From IMG/VR virus record IMGVR_UViG_2654588181_000003: DNA of 14,671 bases, one strand, 5' to 3'. This DNA comes from a virus (lineage: Duplodnaviria; Heunggongvirae; Uroviricota; Caudoviricetes). Both the position numbers and the translations under genes were made by a program. Below are positions 8,266 through 14,671 of the stretch, one piece after another. The notes below the pieces were generated by a model, which was given only the letters and a program-made list of their open reading frames with translations, did no database searches and had not been told where the DNA came from. How positions within the stretch are numbered: position 1 is the first letter of the stretch; every line of letters starts with the position of its first letter.

Positions 8266-8920
8266 TCAAGCCTGTTTTGTATCATTAGTATTTTTAGCGG
8301 TATGTCCGTCATATGCAGCAAGGTAACTGCCATAGTGACGAAATAGCATTTCTGGTCCCTTATGGCCCATCTGGCCTGCAAGCCAGAACAGGTTCGCACC
8401 ACGGCTGATATGGCTGGTGGCGAATGTATGCCTGGTCTGATATGGGTTACGGTACCGGATACCTGCTTTACGTAAGGTTGGTATCCACGCTTTTTTCCTT
8501 ATCGCATCGGCGCTGGCCCACGGTTTGTTTGTCTTTGGATCTTCAAAGACAGTAGCATCCTTCATGAATGTAAATGGCTTCTGATTTATCAGCGCCAACA
8601 TTGCCTCTTCTGTCAGTTCAACTTTACGAGTACCGGCTTTTGTCTTTGTTCCTTTGATAACACCGACAACACTTGCGCTCTGGACATGGGCAGTTTTTCC
8701 AACAAAGTCGATATCACGCCATCGAAGGGCACATAATTCAGAACTACGCAGGCCTGTATGTATAGCGAACCGGAACAGATTTTCCCATTGTTTGTTTCCG
8801 GCTGCTGCTAGTAATGCATCAACTTCTGCTGGTGATAGCGGATCAACCACGTAGCTGCTTTCTGCTTCTGACTTATCACTTTGGTAGCGCGAAGCAGTTA
8901 CCAACGATACGGGGTTAATT
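8266..8920 (-). pseudogene. Tyrosine integrase (phage/lambda-type) C-terminal catalytic-domain fragment; the N-terminal half is missing
   Basis: The translation ends with the catalytic region ...ELCALRWRDIDF...RKVELTEEAM...RHTFATSHISRGANLFWLAGQMGHKGPEMLFRHYGSY (R...HxxR...Y signature). The first ~40 residues of the ORF-track protein are just the antisense of the adjacent head gene, so only about 215 residues are integrase-derived. Confidence 0.7.
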
Positions 8921-8923
8921 TGA

Positions 8924-10255
8924 AGTACCCCAGCCTCCCGGACGCCAGTGCAGGCAGCAGCACCCGTGGTGGATGAAAACAGTATCCGTGCGCAGGTACT
9001 GGCAGAGCAAAAAGCGCGTGTAAACGGTATTAATGATCTGTTTGCCATGTTTGGCGGGCGTTATCAGACGCTGCAGGCTCAGTGTCTTGCCGATCCTGAA
9101 TGTTCGCTGGAGCAGGCCCGCGAAAAGCTGTTGAACGAGATGGGGCGCGAGTCCACGCCATCCAATAAAAATACCCCGGCTCATATTTATGCCGGTAACG
9201 GTAATTTTGTGGGGGACGGGATCCGCCAGGCGCTGATGGCGCGTGCCGGATTTGAAAAAACCGAACGTGATAATGTCTACAACGGGATGACCCTGCGTGA
9301 ATATGCCCGTATGTCACTGACTGAACGGGGTATTGGGGTTTCCAGTTATAACCCGATGCAGATGGTCGGTGCGGCGTTCACACACAGTACGTCTGACTTC
9401 GGTAATATTCTGCTGGATGTTGCGAACAAAGCCATTCTGCAGGGCTGGGAAGATGCCCCTGAAACCTATGAACAGTGGACGCGGAAAGGTCAGTTGTCTG
9501 ATTTTAAAATTGCCCATCGTGTGGGTATGGGGGGCTTCAGTGCTCTGCGTCAGGTGCGTGAAGGGGCGGAATATAAATACGTCACCACCGGAGATAAACA
9601 GGCCACTATTGCACTGGCGACCTATGGCGAGCTGTTCAGTATCACCCGTCAGGCCATTATCAATGATGATCTGAATATGCTGACCGATGTCCCGATGAAA
9701 CTGGGCCGTGCGGCGAAATCCACTATTGCCGATCTGGTTTATGCCATTCTGACGTCTAACCCGAAAATCTCCACAGATAATGTAAGTCTGTTCGATAAAG
9801 CAAAACATGCAAACGTACTGGAGAGCGCTGCAATGGACGTGGCATCGCTGGATAAAGCCCGCCAGTTGATGCGCGTTCAGAAAGAGGGGGAGCGTCATCT
9901 GAATATTCGTCCTGCGTTCGTACTGGTACCGACGGCGATGGAGTCTGTTGCTAACCAGGTCATTCGCTCCTCAAGTGTCAAGGGGGCTGACATTAACGCC
10001 GGTATTATTAACCCGGTGAAAGATTTTGCGACCGTTATTGCAGAGCCTCGTCTTGATGATAACAGCCAGACCACCTTCTACCTGGCTGCGTCAAAAGGCT
10101 CCGATACTATTGAAGTGGCTTATCTCAACGGTGTGGATACGCCATATATTGATCAGATGGAGGGCTTCAGTGTGGATGGCGTGACAACGAAAGTGCGTAT
10201 TGACGCCGGTGTCGCGCCAGTTGATCACCGCGGTCTGGTGAAATGTACGGCGTAA
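8924..10255 (+). pseudogene. Phage head morphogenesis protein fragment (major capsid or prohead protease/scaffold family), N-terminally truncated
   Basis: An in-frame stop at 8921-8923 precedes the open frame. The ORF track begins at a GTG (8948) with no RBS, and the frame runs directly into the antisense integrase fragment. Lambdoid head-gene order (large head protein, then a ~108-aa DUF2190-like decoration gene) supports the call. The exact family is assigned from memory only. Confidence 0.55.
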
Positions 10256-10341
10256 ACGTCGCAGACAACAACTCTGATGGCCCGTAAGGGCTTTTTTTGT
10301 ACCTGAAATCAGCCCCTGAACGGGGCTGTGCGGAGACAGTT

Positions 10342-10665
10342 ATGGCAAAGAATTTTGTAGAAGAAGGAAAAACGGTGGCGATTGTTGCCAGTGCAGCCAT
10401 CAGCAGCGGAGATCTGGTGCAGGTGGGTGATGTTTTTGCGGTGGCACTGACCGATATTCCACAGGGTGAAACAGGCGACGGCCTGACCGAAGGTGTGTTT
10501 ATGCTGCCTAAGCTGAAAACGGATGACATGAAAACGGGTAAGAAGGTTTATCTGAAGTCCGGAAAAGTTCAGCTGACTAACAGCGGCTCTGATCCGCTGG
10601 TCGGGGTTGTCTGGGCAGATGCCGGAACCAGTGCAGAAGAAGTGCCGGTAAAACTCAATGTCTGA
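10342..10665 (+). CDS. DUF2190-like phage head decoration/cement protein, 108 aa
   Basis: GGAGA lies 6 nt upstream of the ATG at 10342 (MAKNFVEEGK). The pattern GDLVQVGDVFAVALTDIPQGETGDGLTEGVFMLPK in a ~110-aa product following a head gene is typical of DUF2190 proteins. The ORF-track start at 10297 has no RBS. Confidence 0.55.
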   Translation: MAKNFVEEGKTVAIVASAAISSGDLVQVGDVFAVALTDIPQGETGDGLTEGVFMLPKLKTDDMKTGKKVYLKSGKVQLTNSGSDPLVGVVWADAGTSAEEVPVKLNV

Positions 10666-10733
10666 TCCCTTTTCCCGGCTGGCAGCGCGTATGGATGCGA
10701 TCACGGTCAGAAAGATGGGAAAGACAGCCTCGA

Positions 10734-11078
<345 letters not shown>

Positions 11079-11439
11079 TCATTGCAAGGGCTCACAACCA
11101 GTAGTGTTGAGAAAACCATCGGAGAAATGAGGCTAAGCCTTTGAATTTACATAGTACAAAAAAGATACTTTTCCTCATAATGTGAGCTAATTTTATGTTT
11201 CGTTTGATGATTGGACCGGTCTCGAAAACCGTAGACACATAGTATGCGTTAATTTATGAACAAACTACTTGTCTGCTGTTTTTCTGTCATTAGTCGTATA
11301 TAGAATGATTCTCTATGCCTAACAAAGCATCACCAGTGCTAGATTACGTTGTAGTCACTGTTTAAATATCCAGATAAAACATTTCCTTCTGGGTTGAATG
11401 AGTGATAAAGTTTCACCCATTAGACCCCTTGGAGGAATT

Positions 11440-12873
11440 ATGTCTGAATTTGAAGTGTTGGCACAGCATCTGCTGAAGGAAGCCGAGGCGGAAGAAAAGC
11501 TGCGACAGGAAAATGATAAAAAGCTTATCGAGAAAGTGCTGGAAATCTATGATCAGAAGTATGTGGCTGAATTACTGAGAAAAGTCGGAAAAAATGAGTG
11601 GAGCCGTGAAACCATTAACCGCTGGATTAATGGCAAGTGTTTACCAAAATCGTTGACTTCAGTAGAAGAGTCTCTTCTGCGTAAGATGCTACCAGAACCA
11701 CCTGCAAACCATCCGGAATATGCTTTCCGCTTCATTGACTTATTTGCTGGAATTGGAGGGATACGGAAAGGTTTTGAGGCCATTGGAGGCCAGTGTGTTT
11801 TTACCAGTGAATGGAATAAAGATGCTGTGCGTACATACAAGGCCAACTGGTTTAACGATGAACAGGTGCATAAATTCAATCTCGATATTCGGGAAGTCAC
11901 GCTGAGTGATAAAACCGATGTATTGGAAACGGATGCTTATGCATATATTGATGAGCATGTGCCGGATCATGATGTGCTTCTTGCGGGGTTCCCGTGCCAG
12001 CCATTTAGCCTTGCTGGTGTTAGTAAGAAAAACTCACTTGGTCGTGCGCATGGTTTTGAATGTGAAGCACAAGGAACACTTTTTTTTGACGTGGCACGTA
12101 TTATACGAGCAAAAAAACCGGCAATTTTTGTGCTGGAAAATGTCAAAAATCTGAAGAGCCATGATAAGGGTAAAACTTTCAAAGTCATTATGGAGACCCT
12201 TGACGAGCTGGGCTACGAAGTTGCCGATGCTGCAGAAATGGGAAAAAACGATCCAAAGATTATCGATGGGAAGCATTTTTTGCCTCAGCATCGTGAACGT
12301 ATTGTTCTGGTCGGATTTAGACGAGATCTGAATATTCACAAGGGGTTTACCTTGCGTGATATCAGTCGTTTTTATCCGGAACACCGCCCATCATTTGGTG
12401 AATTGCTGGAGCCTGTAGTCGACAGTAAATATATACTTACGCCAAAACTATGGGAGTACCTTTATAACTACGCCAAAAAGCATGCAGCCAAGGGGAATGG
12501 TTTTGGCTTTGGGTTGGTCAATCCTGAGAATAAGGAAAGCATTGCACGCACACTTTCTGCCAGATATCACAAAGACGGATCAGAAATTCTTATTGATCGT
12601 GGTTGGGATATGGCAACGGGAGAGGCTGACTTTATGAATGAGAGTAATCAGGCTCGTCGACCACGCAGGCTGACTCCCCGAGAGTGCGCACGCCTTATGG
12701 GATTTGAAAAACCTGGAGGGAAACCATTCCGTATTCCGGTTTCAGATACTCAGTCATATCGGCAGTTCGGTAACTCAGTTGTGGTGCCAGTATTTGAAGC
12801 TGTTGCCAGACTTCTGGAACCCTATATCCTCAAAGCTGTTTCTGCTGATGCTGGTAAGACTGGGCAGCCTTGA
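11440..12873 (+). CDS. ecoRIIM: DNA cytosine-5 methyltransferase, Dcm / M.EcoRII family (predicted CCWGG specificity), 477 aa
   Basis: GGAGG lies 3 nt upstream of the ATG at 11440 (MSEFEVLAQ...). The protein carries [17 protein letters not shown] (motif I, AdoMet binding), [11 protein letters not shown] (motif IV, catalytic Cys), FVLENVKNL (motif VI) and [10 protein letters not shown] (motif X). It is closely similar along its length to E. coli Dcm/M.EcoRII as recalled. Confidence 0.9.
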   Translation: MSEFEVLAQHLLKEAEAEEKLRQENDKKLIEKVLEIYDQKYVAELLRKVGKNEWSRETINRWINGKCLPKSLTSVEESLLRKMLPEPPANHPEYAFRFIDLFAGIGGIRKGFEAIGGQCVFTSEWNKDAVRTYKANWFNDEQVHKFNLDIREVTLSDKTDVLETDAYAYIDEHVPDHDVLLAGFPCQPFSLAGVSKKNSLGRAHGFECEAQGTLFFDVARIIRAKKPAIFVLENVKNLKSHDKGKTFKVIMETLDELGYEVADAAEMGKNDPKIIDGKHFLPQHRERIVLVGFRRDLNIHKGFTLRDISRFYPEHRPSFGELLEPVVDSKYILTPKLWEYLYNYAKKHAAKGNGFGFGLVNPENKESIARTLSARYHKDGSEILIDRGWDMATGEADFMNESNQARRPRRLTPRECARLMGFEKPGGKPFRIPVSDTQSYRQFGNSVVVPVFEAVARLLEPYILKAVSADAGKTGQP

Positions 12874-12879
12874 GAACAT

Positions 12880-12902
12880 CTCCCGGCCTTTTAAGCCGGG
12901 AG
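12880..12902. terminator. Perfect 8-bp stem hairpin between the convergent methyltransferase and endonuclease genes (likely bidirectional terminator/insulator)
   Basis: CTCCCGGC-cttttaa-GCCGGGAG sits in the 34-bp gap between stop codons at 12871-12873 (plus strand) and 12908-12910 (minus strand). There is no long U tract on either side, so the terminator role is tentative. Confidence 0.45.
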
Positions 12903-12907
12903 TCAGC

Positions 12908-14116
12908 CTATGATAGTTCAGCGTAAAGCTCTATCAGCTCAGTAATGAATGCTCCGAGCGTTATTAATTCTTCTCTAACTGCTTCTGGGTATTTTTTATG
13001 TAAAGTTGATGGTACAACGAGTCTGACACCCGCATCTTTCATTTCTCGGTATTGTGCTGAAGAAACACCTTCTTGCAGTGTAAATAAATGTACCTGATGG
13101 ATTTTATCTGCTTCATTCAGTATCTGACGCCAGCGATCTTTGCAGGTGGTCTTTACTGCCAGCATACGTAAGTTTTCTACAGGAAATTCAACGTTATGAT
13201 ATGCCTCTGCTGAAGGAAACAGGAAATCTGGTTTTTTATTACCTTCAGTAACTGCCTGAGTGGAGAAATGCCGTAGTCCGTGCTCGATAAAAAGCTTCTC
13301 TAGGTGAAGTTCAAGTGATTTGCCTGCCCTTGATTTACGTCGATTACTGACAGAGTTGGCTAATGCAATAAACTCATCTACAGAATCGAATCCTTTCTTA
13401 ATAATATCAATAACATGTAATTCCTCGACGAGTAGAAAAATATCATACTCGACACGCCGACGGTCAATCAGTTGCTCATCTGGATCCTTGGAGTTTTTAG
13501 CATAATGGCCAGCAGCATATTGAATAATTTCGTTTCCAGAAGGAAAACGCTTCTTCCAGTCTTCAGGAATAACATATTTATGATTTACTGGAGTTTGCTG
13601 AAGAGACAATCCGCCCAAAATTTGTCCGGCAGGGCCGGAAATTAGGGTTCCAGGTATGATTTCGCCAATAGCAGACTCGATGATATCCTCTTCATCGGGA
13701 TTGACGCAGACCCATATATCTACCTCGGAACAGTCAGTGTTCTGTTCGTTTAACCTGAAAGCAAGAATTGTGAGGGCTCCTGTATTTTCAGGGTTCTGTA
13801 ATGGACTTCCTCTCCCCCAGCGCGTAATTCTTTTTTCGTTTCGGGTCTTACCAAAATAACGGTTGTTGTAATAAATTGCGCGTGCTTGGGTATCAGGGCA
13901 ATCATGGGATGATACATGCGCAGTAAGGAAGACTGAAGGGTTCAGTTCGCGAGTATGATTGATAGATGGAAAAAGCTTTTCAACGATATTTGAGGGGATA
14001 TAAAGTCCGACCTGATGGCCACCTGTTGCGCCTGTGTCGTTTGCAGAAAGGCGTTTGATGTAGATAAAGTAATTCCCGCTTGCGATATCAAGCAGCCAGT
14101 TATGAAAAACCGACAT
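12908..14116 (-). CDS. ecoRIIR: EcoRII-like type IIE restriction endonuclease (CCWGG), 402 aa
   Basis: The translation from the second Met (MSVFHNWLLDIASGNYFIYIKRLSANDTGATGGHQVGLYIPS...) matches EcoRII as I remember it nearly end to end, including the N-terminal effector-binding domain and the C-terminal catalytic domain. AGGGA lies 5 nt upstream of the ATG at 14116. Convergent with the methyltransferase, as in the EcoRII system. Confidence 0.9.
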   Translation of the reverse strand: MSVFHNWLLDIASGNYFIYIKRLSANDTGATGGHQVGLYIPSNIVEKLFPSINHTRELNPSVFLTAHVSSHDCPDTQARAIYYNNRYFGKTRNEKRITRWGRGSPLQNPENTGALTILAFRLNEQNTDCSEVDIWVCVNPDEEDIIESAIGEIIPGTLISGPAGQILGGLSLQQTPVNHKYVIPEDWKKRFPSGNEIIQYAAGHYAKNSKDPDEQLIDRRRVEYDIFLLVEELHVIDIIKKGFDSVDEFIALANSVSNRRKSRAGKSLELHLEKLFIEHGLRHFSTQAVTEGNKKPDFLFPSAEAYHNVEFPVENLRMLAVKTTCKDRWRQILNEADKIHQVHLFTLQEGVSSAQYREMKDAGVRLVVPSTLHKKYPEAVREELITLGAFITELIELYAELS

Positions 14117-14193
14117 ATACATCCCTTTGTTAACATACAGTCAGGGTTAACATTTTTCCATAGTTATAGATAAGCGGCTAGGAACTTAAGGGA

Positions 14194-14227
14194 AAAACAA
14201 AAAGCCCGCATAAGCGGGCTTTTGTGT
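14194..14227. terminator. Bidirectional rho-independent terminator
   Basis: AAAAACAAAA-AGCCCGC-ataa-GCGGGCT-TTTTG: a 7-bp GC stem with a 4-nt loop, an A tract upstream and a T tract downstream, so it reads as a terminator on either strand. It sits about 80 bp upstream of the endonuclease start. Confidence 0.6.
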
Positions 14228-14533
14228 CACTCGAGAGCCGCGGCTCCTTTGCGTATCCTTTTTTGTCTCCTCACCGTCTGGTCGGTGTCCTGCTGAGACT
14301 GCTAACTTCCTGTTTTTGTTGGTGTTGTCCTTACACCGTCCAATCATGATTGGTGGGCTGGCGGAGTTTGAATAAATATTATATTGCTTTGATTTTTAAC
14401 GATTTTGTTTAATTCAGTTTTTGTGCGTATACCTAATCGTATACCAATGGCTGTAAGTTAATGTGAAATGAAAGCGCATTTTTACTTGGATTGATGCTAT
14501 ATCGTACAGGAAAAAAATTTTTTTTCGAAAGAA

Positions 14534-14626
14534 CTGTTCACACTGTTCACCCTTTGATTTTCTCCTTTTATTTCATAGTGATAGGTGGTGAATAATGGGT
14601 GAAGGGTGAACATTCGATTCTTCACC
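14534..14626. repeat. Cluster of six GTTCAC/GGTGAA hexamer repeats in both orientations; candidate operator or iteron array
   Basis: GTTCAC at 14536-14541 and 14545-14550 (tandem CTGTTCAC units); GGTGAA at 14587-14592, 14598-14603 and 14605-14610; TTCACC at 14621-14626. The arrays flank an AT-rich core; a 6-bp-stem palindrome CCGGCAttcTGCCGG follows at 14628-14642. Confidence 0.4.
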
Positions 14627-14671
14627 TCCGGCATTCTGCCGGTGTGACTCATACCGGTGATTAATCCCCCG

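Noticed and set aside
8654-9898. Several ORFs (66-194 aa) on both strands, plus a 113-aa plus-strand ORF at 9333-9674
   Set aside because: They are antisense or out of frame relative to the integrase fragment and the head-gene fragment; high G+C content gives open frames by chance.
10297-10341. ORF-track start of the DUF2190-like gene at 10297
   Set aside because: There is no RBS there; the ATG at 10342 has GGAGA upstream and gives the typical ~108-aa product.
10167-10704. Minus-strand ORFs of 120 and 131 aa
   Set aside because: Antisense to the head gene 3' end and the DUF2190-like gene.
11553-12384. Multiple ORFs of 61-116 aa on both strands
   Set aside because: All lie inside the methyltransferase gene, antisense or out of frame.
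12704-12913. 69-aa plus-strand ORF
   Set aside because: An alternative frame overlapping the methyltransferase 3' end and the convergent-gene hairpin; no support.
13320-14136. Three ORFs of 61-67 aa, and the ORF-track endonuclease start at 14122
   Set aside because: The short ORFs are antisense or out of frame within the endonuclease gene; the first ATG has the SD immediately adjacent, whereas the second (14116) has proper spacing and matches the EcoRII N-terminus.

Overview
Mosaic accessory region at the tmRNA (ssrA) integration hotspot of an Enterobacteriaceae-type chromosome. All calls come from reading the sequence and the supplied ORF translations; no database search was run. Left to right: the 3' end of an IS3 copy (1-354); about 1.4 kb of AT-rich DNA with no credible ORF; a low-GC, translationally coupled minus-strand operon of a large serine recombinase and two tandem 298-aa ParB-like proteins (1776-5111); a P4-type tyrosine integrase (5394-6623) preceded by a terminator and a 35-nt copy of the ssrA 3' end (6790-6824), implying tandem islands at this site; a tightly coupled two-gene operon of an 82-aa soluble protein and a 272-aa three-helix membrane protein (6900-7970); a decayed lambdoid prophage remnant (integrase C-terminal fragment abutting a head-gene fragment, then a DUF2190-like head decoration gene); an orphan GIY-YIG gene; and a complete, convergently arranged EcoRII-like restriction-modification pair (11440-14116). 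The window ends in a terminator and a cluster of GTTCAC/GGTGAA hexamer repeats. The two best candidates for an undescribed system are the recombinase/ParB/ParB operon and the small-protein/membrane-protein operon.
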